Below, piece by piece: positions 13,800 through 25,198 of a DNA stretch of 64,000 nt. Below the pieces are notes generated by a model. It was not told where the DNA came from, searched no databases, and worked only from the letters and a program-made list of their open reading frames with translations. Positions within the stretch are counted from its first letter, which is position 1. Each line of letters opens with the position of its first letter. Source of the stretch: Octopus bimaculoides (lineage: Eukaryota); assembly GCF_001194135.2 (NCBI RefSeq), contig NC_068981.1, forward strand, positions 134,828,567-134,892,566, given 5' to 3'. A program made the position numbers and the translations under genes.

Positions 13800-14112
13800 T
13801 AATGGAGGCGTATGGCTTGGTGGTTAGAGTATTCAGCTCTCAATCATAAAGTCATGGTGCATTGTGTCCTTGAGCAAGACACTTAATTTCACATTACTCC
13901 AGTCCACTCAGCTAATAAAAATAAGTTGTACCTGTAGTTTAAAGGGCTGACCTTCTCACATTTGGTGTGTTATTCTGAATCTCCCTGAGGATTACGTTAA
14001 GTGTATGCATGTTTGCAGAGTGCTCAATAATTTCACTTGTATATTAATTTCCTGAGCAGGCTGTTCCATTGTTTGAATCGACTGGTACACTTGTAACCAA
14101 CAGAGTACCAAA
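13800..14112 (+). mobile_element. SINE family D (my label): CORE-like centre, 3' half shared with family C
   Basis: TGTGTCCTTGAGCAAGACACTT...CCACTCAGCT. Other copies at about 34005-34262(-), 36572-36720, 50995-51150(-) and 52315-53110 (interrupted). Confidence 0.65.
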
Positions 14113-14859
14113 GTACCACCTAAAACCCATAGATCCAAGATTATCCCAACCACCAAGGGCAAAAGTCCTATCTATCTGTGTTCTCCAGTCTACTGGTGTA
14201 GACTGATTCACACTGGCCATTGTCGCCATTCTCACTCACCTTTCATCAAATTACTTGAAGAAGTCAATGAGGAAATAATTAAATTAATAATAATGATGAT
14301 GATGATGATAATTATTTTTGTTTTAGATTGTTTCTAAAACAACAAAATAACTAAATAAAGTCATATAAATACAAATAAAGAGAAACAATTTGATGCAAAA
14401 GAGGAAGTAAGTGAGATATTTTATACAGACCTAAACGAGAAGGGGAAAACAAAATAGTTTCAGAGTGAGATGGTTAAGGTACTTACAGCTCTACCTTAAG
14501 CTCAACCAGTCCTGCCTATATTTGAAATTGGTGAAGTTACCCAATTCAGCCCTATCATACTTACTACACTTGTATAGGTTTCATAGAATTCCTCTTAAGA
14601 CATTATTTGCCTGGTATTCTTTTTATTTACTTGATAACATTATTTCAGTCTGCCTTCACATTTACCCAGCTTGGCTGAATGAAATGGAGGAAAAAAATTT
14701 AGAAAAATACAAAACAAAATTGAATGACGTGCAATGTATTTTCAGATCTTTTTCTGAATTCAAGAGTCAATTTGATTTATTTGTTAACATATTATATGAT
14801 AATTGATTTGATTATATGATAGAATAATAATGTCCCATTTACTTATTTATTGTCTCTAG

Positions 14860-15156
14860 CAGTCTGGTAATGCGCACATTCCTTTGATATCTCCGGAGTT
14901 ACAAAAGAGACGAGTTCAGGACATTTTAAAAAGGATACCAATAGGATCTGAAGCTACAACAGTGATGGTAGGATGTGTTGACTTCCTTCAAAAACCTGCA
15001 ATGGCTTTTGTTCGACTTTCAGAAGGTCAAATCATTAAAAACTTTACTGAGGTTCCTTTACCTACTCGTTTTGTATCTGTGCTACTTGGTCCAGATAATG
15101 GAGAGATGGACTACCATGAAGTTGGCCGCTCACTGTCCACTCTTATGTCAAATCAG
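14860..15156 (+). CDS. SLC4A2: SLC4 exon: (Q)SGNAHIP...KRIPIGSEATTVMVGCVDFLQKPAMAFVRL...DYHEVGRSLSTLMSNQ
   Basis: Acceptor TAG/CAG tandem at 14857-62, donor CAG|GTAAGG at 15157. Strong match to the band 3 cytoplasmic domain. Confidence 0.95.
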
Positions 15157-15502
15157 GTAAGGATTAACTTTTTATTAGAATTATAATTGTACGAAAGAAA
15201 TTATATATGTCCATGTGTAAGTGTATGTGCCAAGCCTTCCCCACCTCTCATTTTCCTAACACCTATCCCTCCATAACTCTTCTAACTACAGCACAATTCA
15301 ACTACTGTAATCATATGAGAAGAGAATCTGCATGTATTTCATCTTCTTTTGTGTTACCAGTTATCACTCCCTCTCTCTGAAATCCTTTCATTCTCAATAT
15401 CATCCTTTCCTACTCTATTTTCCATTTATCACATCTTTCTCTGTTTCCTGTTATCTCTTCCTTTCTTCTGAGTTACATCTTAGGACTGCGATATCTCATC
15501 TT

Positions 15503-15637
15503 TAACACCCTCTCATATTTTCTATCATCCTCAACACCCTCTTATATCTGCTATCACTCTCAACACCCTCTTATATCTGCTATCACTCTCAACACCCTCT
15601 CATATCTGCTATCACTCTCAACACCTTTTCATATTTG
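15503..15637. repeat. 29-bp minisatellite, about 4.5 copies
   Basis: Unit CTCTCAACACCCTCTTATATCTGCTATCA. Confidence 0.85.
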
Positions 15638-16377
15638 TCACCAATAGCCTTCCCCCTCACCTTTGTTCCCCACTCACTACAACCACCTCTAAGTACCTCT
15701 GACCTTCATCTATGTCTCTGTCTATCTCTCCCTCCACTCTCCCATCTCACTTACAATCTCCCTGTTTTCTGATCTATCCACTGGCATTAATATAATGCTG
15801 CTCTCTATCCTTCCTGTACCTCTTCTATCTCTTTCGCCTTACCACCCGCACTGTATTGGTTTGACACAGTGCAAACTTCAGGGCTGCATCAACCTCAAGT
15901 GTTGCTTTGACATAGTTTCTTTGACTGGATGTCCTTCCTAAAGCCATATTTTGAGGAGAGAAAAGCAGAATATCTTAATAAAAAAGAGCTAGTTTTGCAC
16001 AGATATTTATTATCAATATTTTCTTGCACTGTCCTATCCAGTATGTATCTATTTTTAGATATTTGTATGGTTATTTGATATTTGTATGGTTATTTGATAT
16101 TTGTATGGTCTGTCTGTGTTAATTTTTTATAGAAATTACTAGAAAAAAGTGAGGACTTATTTATATAAAAAAGTTAATTTGTTCTTTAGTGTATCATCAG
16201 TTATATCTTCTGCTTACTGCTAATACAATTTCTTCTTCATGTTCTAATCTTTACAAAGATTAAAAAAACATTTTTTGAAATAAAAATATTCTGCATAGTT
16301 TAAATATTTTATTTCTAAATAAAATCACAGTACCTCTAAATGTTCAGCTCCCCACATTAATATCTGTCTCCTTCAAA

Positions 16378-16427
16378 ATGCCTCCCAAGGAGGTGCTGCA
16401 GCCAGGTTAAGAACCACTGCCCTAGAT
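16378..16427 (-). mobile_element. Single terminus of a hAT/Charlie-like element
   Basis: CAGTGGTTCTTAACC on the minus strand starting at 16419, flanked by CCCTAGAT (NNCTAGNN-type target). The other end was not found. Confidence 0.4.
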
Positions 16428-16454
16428 TGAAAAAAAATTTGTCTCTTGAGATGA

Positions 16455-17240
16455 ACATATGGTGCTGTAGACCTTCTGATATCAAAGTTGATGGCATCAA
16501 GAATACATTCACTAAAAATGCCTATCTCACTCTCAGAGGGGTGACTATCCTGCATTTACGACTGTAAAGAAAGTTGGGACTGTAGTACTTAAAGTGATAT
16601 AAGAGGTAGGGCAAGCAGTGCACATAATCTCTATCTTTAGGGGAGGTGGTTGGCTCTTTCATTTTAGCATTTATATTAGTGTATGTCAAAATGTTGGCTT
16701 CTTGTGTGTTTTAGCATTGGTTTTTGTATGAAGTCTTTTGTACATGAAGGTGTTTTGTTTCATATATGTTCTTTGTTGGCAAGAATGTGTGCATTAGGGG
16801 ATTGTTTGAAGTATGTCATGTAATTGTTTGGAAAGGGTTAGAACATTGCTGAAATTTTACCTCTTTGATGATGTTTATCAAATTAGTCTTAAATATTCAA
16901 GATCCTTTATCTAGGAGGGCATTTTCATGATTTGAAATTGAATTTATCTGTAGATGTAGTGGCAGTAGGGTTTTCAGAGAAGTAGGTTTTCCAGCACATT
17001 GTTCATACTTTCTGTTTTCCCAATAAGTTGTGTTAAATCTTCTCAAATGGTATTTGGATGTCTTTCAATAAATATAGAAGTTGCTAAATCTTCATCTTCA
17101 ACAGTTTATTCCTTATGTACATTATTTACATTTGATGGTTATTTGTCCTCATCTTGTTTGTTGTTAACACAATATTTCGGCTAATATACGCTCCAGCCTT
17201 CATCAGGTGTCTCGGGGAAATTTCGAACATGGGTTCTCAT
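16455..17240 (-). pseudogene. Decayed Penelope-like element ORF (N-terminal and early RT region)
   Basis: Minus-strand frameshifted translation: MRT.VRNFP.TPDEGW (ATG at 17240) ... TVEDEDLATSIFIERHPNTI ... LINIIKEVKFQQCSNPFQT ... A(N)K..NIYET ... YKRLHT...KTHKK ... DYVHCL ... SYITL(K)YYSPNF...KCRIV(N)PSESEIGIFSECILDAINFDIR. This parallels the PLE RT N-terminal string ADKTxNxYE / ITLKDHKxNF / CRLINPSKSExG as I recall it. Confidence 0.75.
17166..17211 (-). ncRNA. Minimal type I hammerhead ribozyme motif (arm 1 of palindrome 1)
   Basis: GACAC-CUGAUGA-A-GGCUG(10-nt loop)UAGCC-GAAA-U-AUU-GUGUU. Helix I GACAC/GUGUU; helix III AUAU is self-complementary. Confidence 0.65.
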
Positions 17241-17363
17241 TCCTGAGGTATTTTTCGATGTTGTTATTGTTATTATTATTATTATTCAGGTCACTACCTG
17301 GAATCGAACTTGGAATCTTGGGGTTAGTGGCCCATACTCTTAACCACTGCACCATATGCCCAC

Positions 17364-17438
17364 GGGCATATGGTGTAGTGGTTAAGAGTATGGGCTACTA
17401 ACCCCAAGATTCCGAGTTCGATTCCCGGTAGTGACCTG
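17364..17438 (+). promoter_or_regulatory. tRNA-derived Pol III promoter head (A and B boxes); mirror copy on the minus strand at about 17287-17361
   Basis: A box TGGTGTAGTGG at 17371-81, B box GTTCGATTC at 17416-24, anticodon-like stem-loop between them. No proper acceptor stem, so SINE-like head rather than a tRNA gene. Confidence 0.75.
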
Positions 17439-17507
17439 AATAATAATAATAATAATAACATCGAAAAATACCTTAGGAATGAGAACCCAGGTTCGAAATT
17501 TCCCCAA

Positions 17508-17553
17508 GACATCTGATGAAGGCTGGAGGGTATACTAGCCGAAACGTTGTGTT
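17508..17553 (+). ncRNA. Minimal type I hammerhead ribozyme motif (arm 2 of palindrome 1)
   Basis: GACAU-CUGAUGA-A-GGCUG(loop)UAGCC-GAAA-C-GUU-GUGUU. Predicted cut between 17548 and 17549. Confidence 0.72.
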
Positions 17554-17898
17554 AACAACAAACAAGATGAGGACAAATAACCATCAAATGTAAATAATGT
17601 ACATAATTCCTCATCTCTTAAAAAAAAGTTTATTCTTTGTTTATGCGTAGTACTCAACAGAGATTGGAACTGTTACATAGATTATATGAATAAATGAAAG
17701 AGAGTAGCACTCAATACATGTAGGTGAGAATATCTGGATCTTCATTGTTTTCATTTCACTAATCATGTCTTCACGACTGTAACCTATGGATCAGAAAGTT
17801 ATTTCCTTTCCAATGCCTGATGATTAATATCAGTACTTAATAATTCTAGAAAAATGATAACATTCTGTAAGTAATTATTGAAGATGTTTCAGGAAAGT

Positions 17899-18293
17899 AG
17901 GCGTAGGAGTGGCTGTGTGGTAAGTAGCTTGCTTACCAACCACATGGTCCCGGGTTCAGTCCCACTGCGTGGCATCTTGGGCAAGTGTCTTCTACTATAG
18001 CCTCGGGCCAACCAAAGCCTTGTGAGTGGATTTGGTAGACGGAAACTGAAAAGAAGCCCGTCGTATATATGTATATATATGTTTGTGTGTCTGTGTTTGT
18101 CTCTCCAATATCACTTGACAACCGATGCTGGTGTGTTTATGTCCCCGTAACTTAGCGGTTCGGCAAAAGGGACCGATAGAATAAGTACTAGGCTTCTAAA
18201 GAATAAGTCCTGGGGTCGATTTGCTCGACTAAAGGCAGTGCTCCAGCATGGCCACAGTCAAAAGACTGAAACAAGTAAAAGAGTAAAAGAGTA
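17899..18293 (+). mobile_element. SINE family A, full length
   Basis: Colinear with 7902-8272. Confidence 0.85.
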
Positions 18294-18678
18294 TACATTT
18301 CTTCACTGAAATTTGTAAAAAAAAAATGGTCCCAGTGTTGTTCAGAAAGACTTAAAGATTGAGTATGAAACGGTCTCAGTCAGCAATAGCCTTACACAAA
18401 TGTTACAGGAAATTGGCTTTGAAGAACTTGTTGCAGGTGATATTCAGGAGTTTTTCATTATGATGAGACACTCATCTATGAACACCTTAAAGTGTTAACA
18501 GAGCTGCAGGAACGCAATTCAGATAACAGAGAAGAGACTCCTCTATAGGTGGTTTTAACAACAAAGATCTTTTCTAAGGTTTGAGTGAAATAATTCGTGC
18601 TTTTTCAAAAACCTTCAGAAAATTATCCAAATTTTAAAAGAAGAATGAATGTTAAAAGATTTATAATAATGGCATTAA

Positions 18679-18895
18679 CCCTTTTGATACCAACCCGGCT
18701 GAAACCACCTCTGGCTCTATAGTACAAATGTCTTGTTTTCATAAATTCTGAATGAAAATCTTCCACCTTAGTCACAATTTATGTTCCTAACACTAGCTTC
18801 ATGATAACTAGGTTATTTTACTAAATTCTTTGTTATATTTAAAATTAATTGAAAGAAACACAGAGCATCTCAAAAGAAATACAGTAACAAAAGGG
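18679..18895. mobile_element. piggyBac-type MITE
   Basis: TTAA at 18675-78 and 18896-99; TIR CCCTTTTGATAC / GTAACAAAAGGG (one mismatch). Related decayed ends near 51265-51481 and 57047. Confidence 0.8.
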
Positions 18896-19360
18896 TTAAA
18901 CTGTTTATTAGGAAGAATTAGATGTTTGTGAAACAGCAAAGCAGTCAACATTTGATACTATTTTTTTATAAAAACAAAAAGAAACTAATGCAATCAATAT
19001 TATCATTTTTTTTTTTGGTCTTTGGGACATTTTTCTTGTGGCAAAAACTAAAGAAAGTTTATTCTTTTTTGATTGAATTAAAATAATTTTCTTCACAGGA
19101 TTTGTGTGTGTGTGTTTTTTTTTTTTATTAAATTAAATGTAATTTTGTTGAAAGGATTTTTCTGAAAGTAGAAGCATTGTAGGCCTACAGAAATTAAGTG
19201 GATATTTCTTTCAATAATTAAGAGAGCTTTGTTTTACCTTCTTTGGTGTGTTTATCTTCTTACTTTATTTCCTTACATTTTCCCCCCTCTTCTCTGTCTT
19301 AATATCACTTCTTCTATGCTAGATAATGACTTTCACCATTATTTCTTCATTAATTTTTAG

Positions 19361-19553
19361 AACTTCCATGATGTAGCTTACCAAGCTGAAAGTAGGGAAG
19401 AATTTCTACATGCCATCAATGACTTCTTGACGGAATCTATAGTGTTGCCACCTGGTGACTGGGACCATAAAACTCTACTACCCATCATGGATATGGCTAG
19501 GAAACGAGCAAACTTACGATTGAGAAAAAAACAGAAGCAGATGGAAAAAGAGG
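19361..19553 (+). CDS. SLC4A2: SLC4 exon: NFHDVAYQAESREEFLHAINDFLTESIVLPPGDWD...QMEKE
   Basis: Acceptor ttttAG at 19359-60, donor G|GTACGT at 19554 (phase 1). Conserved FHDVAY and IVLPPGDW motifs. Confidence 0.93.
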
Positions 19554-20833
19554 GTACGTACAACTGCTGCAGTTTGGTTAAGGAGTCACGAGCCCGGTAA
19601 GTCTTCTGGAATAATTTGGTGACAACTTGGCTGTCTTTGTCTTGTTACCACTCCAATGAATTCTTACCAAAACTCTTGTAGCTTTTTTCTCAAACTGCTT
19701 GATTTTTTTTTTGTTTTTTTTTATTATTATTTTTTTTTTTTTACAACTTCTAGCAATATAAAAGCACTGAGATTTGCTGAAGCTTATTGCTGTTCTGCTG
19801 TGGTTTCTTAAAATTACTTTCTTGTTTATATATTTTTTTTAATTGCACTGAAGTTCATAATTTTCTTTCTCACTGTTATTTTTATAACTATAAGCCTTTT
19901 ACTTCTCCTCTACAGCCTATCATCTCAGGAATATAATTGCTACTGCCTTATTTTAAGCTAAGACACTTCTCTAAATTTTAAGAAAATTCTTAACAGAATT
20001 GACTTTATTTATCATCCATCTGTTGGTCAATAAAATAATAGTAACAGTATTCCATTAGGTCAGTTAAATCAACTATACCCCTTTCACTACAAACATTGGT
20101 CTTGAACCTAATCAAAATCCATACTAGCAGTTCTAAACCCCAATTTTTGCTATGGACCTTTTTTGAGGTAGGAGACCAATGAGTAGGCCAAGAACACAAT
20201 AGTCCAATAATATCCATAGTCTCAGTTGGCCATACTTGGGGATCCAACAGAAGAATGTAATGATGATTGCTTGTGACAGGGCCCTAGGGAGGAGGTGCCT
20301 GAGAAAATGGCTGGCTGGATGGATGGATGGTTGGACACCTTTTGAAGCAAAATCACTTCTTTGTGACCACTCCTTCATAGATGTTATTAGTTGGAAAATT
20401 TTAATATTTGCAGTGTCTATGAATTGCAACTGTATCATGTAAAAACAAAATACTTCTTAGTATCTAATGAAAATAATTATTTCTATGGAGATAAAATTGT
20501 GCATTAGCCAACAAAATTTTGTAAAGATATAAAGCAAAAAGGACCTCTAGAAATTAACTTTTTTTTTCATTGATTTTTAATGTCCACTTTTCCACACTTG
20601 CATGGAGTCAGGTGCAATTTGTTGAGTCTAATTTTCTATGCCATAATGTGCTTCCTGTCACCGACTCTCACCTGTTTCTAAGTAAGGTAATATATTTGAA
20701 TGACCATCATGGAAGACTGGAAATGAAGAGCCACCGCTTGCATGACAATGACACTCATTTGCAATTGCTACACAGTGTCAAAATAAGAATACGGTAACAA
20801 ACAATAATACACACATGCAAACATATCCATGTA

Positions 20834-20885
<52 letters not shown>

Positions 20886-20889
<4 letters not shown>

Positions 20890-22168
20890 GTTGTCAAGAA
20901 AGTTCTTGCGAGATTTTTAATTTTGGTTTTAAATGATGTATTTTCAAATTAATTTTCGTTAAATTACTTTGACTTTATATATCATTTTAAAGCCCGTTTT
21001 TTGCTCTATCCAATCGTGTTACTCTTTTTCTTTTTGAATAATTAGGCCATTTTTTGCGGAATGTTGAATACAACATGGACAAAAAGCAAATTCACACAAT
21101 TTTCTTATTCCAGTTCAAGCTAGGCCGAAAAGCTGCTGAAACAGCTCGCAATATCAACAATGCATTTGGCCCAGGGACCACTAATGAATGTACAGCACAA
21201 TGGTGGTTCAAGAAATTCCGTAGCGGTGACAAGAGTCTTGAAGTTGATAAGTGTAGTGGTCAGCCATCGGATGTTGACAACGATCAACTAAGAGCCTTAG
21301 TCAAAGCCAATCCATGCACAACTGTTTGAGAGCTTGCTTCTTAGATGTAACATATACGACAATTTCCAACCACTTAAAAGAGACTGGAAAAGCAAAAATA
21401 CTTGAGAAATGGGTGCCGCACGAATTGAACAACAACCAAAATAAACGCCGTTTTGAAGTGTTGTCTTCCCTTCTTTTATGCAACAAGAACCCATTTCTCG
21501 ACTAGATTGTGACTTGCGATATAAAGTGGATTCTTTATGACAACTGGCGATGCTCAGTTCAGTGGTTGGACACCGACAAAGCTCCACGGCACTTCCTGAC
21601 GCCAAAGTTGCACCAAAAGAAGGTCATGGTGACTGTTGGTAGTCTGCAGCCGATTTCATCCATCACAGCTGTTCTGTTTGGATCCAGGTGAAACCATTAC
21701 AGTGGAGAAGTACTGTCAGCAAATGGATGAAATGCATAAGAAACTCCGACAACAACAGCCAGCATTGGTCAATAGAAAAGGACCAATCCTTCTACATGAC
21801 AACACTCGGCTGCATGTTGCACAACTGACTCTGCAGAAATTGAATGAATTGGGCTACGAAACTCTGCCTCATCCGCCATACTCACCAGACCTCTCGCCTA
21901 CTGACTACCACTTTTTCAAGCATCTCGACAACTTCCTTCGTGAGAAATGCTTCAAAAACCAAGACGATGCCAAACACGCCTTCAGTGACTTCATTGCCAC
22001 CAGAACGCAAGATTTTTATGTTACTGGCATAAATAAACTTGTTTTGCATTGGCAAACAGGTGTTGATTCTGATGGTGTTTATTTCGATTAACAAAATTTT
22101 GTTTGAGCCGAGATATGTGCATCTGAGTTTAAAGGTTAAAAACCACAAGAACTTTCTTGACAACCTAA
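20886..22168 (+). mobile_element. Full-length (1283 bp) mariner DNA transposon, Hsmar1/cecropia-like, defective
   Basis: 23-bp perfect TIR TTAGGTTGTCAAGAAAGTTCTTG at both ends, TA on both flanks (20884-85, 22169-70), inserted in a (TA)n tract, internal transposase. Confidence 0.95.
21075..22091 (+). pseudogene. Mariner transposase pseudogene (D,D34D type)
   Basis: MDKKQIHTIFLFQFKLGRKAAET..., WVPHEL, IVTCD, LLHDN, HPPYSPDLSPTDYHFF, ...GVYFD-stop. Disabled by TGA at 21327, TAG near 21503 and frameshifts near 21340 and 21640. Confidence 0.93.
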
Positions 22169-22178
22169 TATATATAGA

Positions 22179-22560
22179 GGCATAGGAGTGGCTGTGTGGA
22201 TAGGCACAGGAGCGAATGTGTGGTAAGTAGCTTGCTTACCAACCGCATGGTTCCAGGTTCAGGCACTTTGTTCAAGTGTCTTCTACTATAGCCTCAAGCC
22301 GACCAAAGCCTTGTGAGTGGATTTAGTAGATGGAAATTGAAAGAAGCCTGTCATATATCTATATATTTGTGTCCCCCACCACCACCACCATTGCTTGACA
22401 ACTGATGTTGGTGTGTTTACATCCCCGTAATTTAGCAGTTCAGGAAAAGAGACCGATAGAATAAATACTAGGCTTATAAAGAATAAATCCTGGGGTAAAT
22501 TTGTTCAACTAAACATGGTGCTCCAGTATGGATACAGTCAAATGACTGACACAAATAAAA

Positions 22561-22563
<3 letters not shown>
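22179..22563 (+). mobile_element. SINE family A with a duplicated head, abutting the mariner right end
   Basis: Partial head 22179-22199 followed by a full copy; an inverted partial copy follows at about 22630-22790. Confidence 0.8.
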
Positions 22564-22624
<61 letters not shown>

Positions 22625-25022
22625 GATGGACTTATTTTCTGTTTCTGTCTAGCAAATCTGTTCTCAAGGGTTTGGTTGGCCAGATGCTATAGTAGAAGAC
22701 TAGAAGGCTCTTGCTTAAAGTTCCATGCAGTGAAACTGAACCCAAAACCATGTGGTTGGGAAGCAAACATCTTACCACACAGTCATACCTAATGTACATT
22801 GAATTTGCCAGAAAAATTCTTGGAAACATAAAATCTTTAGTAATGGCAAAATATTCCTATGGTTGGCACTTTATTCAGTGTGAGGCATGTAAGTGATGCA
22901 AACTTGGAAGTTTTTCAACATCACATTGCTGTTCTTGTCAAACAAGGACCACTTCACCTGACAATATCAAGAAGGTTGTGAGCATTTAATAGTAAGTAAT
23001 AATACAACACTCAGTTCTATTAATTTCAAGGCTAATGAAAAAACTACTGAATTAGAGATACATGAAAGGGTTAAATGTGCAAAAACCTACATTTAAGGAC
23101 TAAAAACAAAATATCATTGATAATTTATCTTGTAAGTTAACAAATCTAACCAAAAGTGAGTTGACAATATTGAGTAAAATTATCTTAGACACTATTATTT
23201 TTAGAATTAAACAAATGATTGATTTACCGTTATGGAATAACAGCATTTGCATTATCAATTGGTTCAATAATATTAGTAACAAGCTTCTCTGTAAATTTTT
23301 CCAGTTTGAGTCTATAAATAACTATTTGCTCCAAAAAGCATGATTTTATATTGAGAATTATATTTCAGTTAGTGATTTTCATATTGAATTAATCATGCAT
23401 GCAAAATCATTGCTTGCTTTCCAAAATGATCTATGGGTGAAAATTAAAATTATGTTAATTCTTTTGATGTAGTCATAGGCAGCCTAGACTCAACAGAAAT
23501 TTGTTAGCTTATGGTGTTTATGTCATATTTATTACATATCAAATTTAATCATTTTCAATGTGATATACATCAAGATGATGGGATCACTATTACATGGAAT
23601 AGAAATGTTAACCTTTAACACACTGCATTTTCTCTAGAATTGTTTCCCCTGCCACTGTCCTGCAACTTCAGGGGAGAAAACTCTATGATGACATAATGCA
23701 CCTACTGTGTGATGAAGGTTATAGACATTCAGAAAAGATCCAGTTAAACAATTTAAAGACTTACACCTAAAAATTACTAACACAAATTTACAAATAGTTA
23801 ATATTTTTATAAATTACCTTAGGAATATTTAGGAAACCAAATAGAAATTGGCATTGCAATAAATATAATTTCAAACCATTCACTTGCCCTTATTAATAAT
23901 TTGGTAATAATGTTAGAATGGTGTTTGGTGCCCCTGCATGGCTGGTAGTTCAATAACTGAAACCAATAAAATAGTATTTCATATGGATTGTTGTTTTTCA
24001 ACAAAACAACCCTTTATTATTATGAAATATTGAAACAATAGTTTCACAGATAAAATTTATTTTATAACTAATATGAATATTAATACTAAGACACTAAGAA
24101 CAATATTGTTTAACTTGATACCCCAATCAGTCTTAATATAAAAGTACTTTCCAAAAAAGCTCATAGATATTATATGATTTTTAAATGGAAATAATGTCAA
24201 ATTAAGTTATAGGTGCACAAGTAATTTTGCTACAGAAATAGCAAATATTTCGAATAGCTTTATACATCCAGTTATTCCCGTCACATAGTTGTTTCAAATT
24301 CTCATTAGATAATGTATTCCTTTTGAACACAATAGTTTATAGAGTGAAAGTATACATAACACAAATTATTCAGCTTTTAAGGATTATATTGGGTTGACTG
24401 AAAATCATTTTAAACATACTTTCAGAAACCCAGTAACATCTTTGGACACACGTTTGTCAAACTACATCTAGTCTTCAAAAAATAACTGTGTCAAAAGTTG
24501 CAAAATTATTTGGAAGATATTAGAACATGCCAGACCTAATAATCAGAGTAACTGTAACTGTAATCTTTACATTTTCAGAGAAATCAAATATATTGCTTCA
24601 TAGGAATTCTTTATAAAACATGCCACTTCAGAGATAATGTCTTTTTGTCAACATGGAACGAAATATCTATGGAAATATTCTAAAATTCCCAATGGTGCAA
24701 TTTTTAATAATGTTTATACCATATTTATACATGCTCCAAACAAATCAAACCTCTTTCCTTGATATGCATCCAACAGTCAACATTGTTGACAAATTTTAAT
24801 TTTTTGGTTGAAATATTTCAAAATGGCTAGCAATAATATGACTATCGAACTATGCTATTACACATTCCAACCAAATCAAGACATTTTCTGTCATTAACAT
24901 TTATAATCAATAGCTTTATTACAAAATTACTTGAGAACTGGCAAAACATGAAACTTAATTTATGAAGTTTCTGCTTAAAACATCCCCCCCCCCACACACA
25001 CACACACACATGAAACATTTAA

Positions 25023-25198
25023 CCCTTTAGTGTTCAGATTACTCTGTTAAATGTAATACTTTTTCACTCAAATTGTTTTGAATTAATCATGCATTATGTT
25101 ATAGCTTTGAGGTTTCAATGATGTGATTGCTTATTTTTAGAAGGACATTGTAGGTTAGGTGTGAGAGGCTAGATATGGCCAGTTTAAACACTAAAGGG
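25023..25198. mobile_element. piggyBac-type MITE (second family)
   Basis: TTAA at 25019-22 and 25199-202; 12-bp perfect TIR CCCTTTAGTGTT. Confidence 0.8.

Larger units (their letters stand above)
17113..17620. mobile_element. Head-to-head fold-back palindrome of a tRNA-headed, hammerhead-bearing PLE pseudo-LTR
   Basis: Arms 17113-17361 and 17364-17606 are reverse complements (imperfect) around a 2-nt loop (CATATGCCC-AC-GGGCATATG). The right arm adds a 3' tail TTCCTCATCTCTTAAA. Confidence 0.9.

Noticed and set aside
17364-17438. Possible tRNA gene
   Set aside because: A and B boxes are present but there is no 7-bp acceptor stem, and it is fused to (AAT)n and a repeat body. Treated as a tRNA-derived head.
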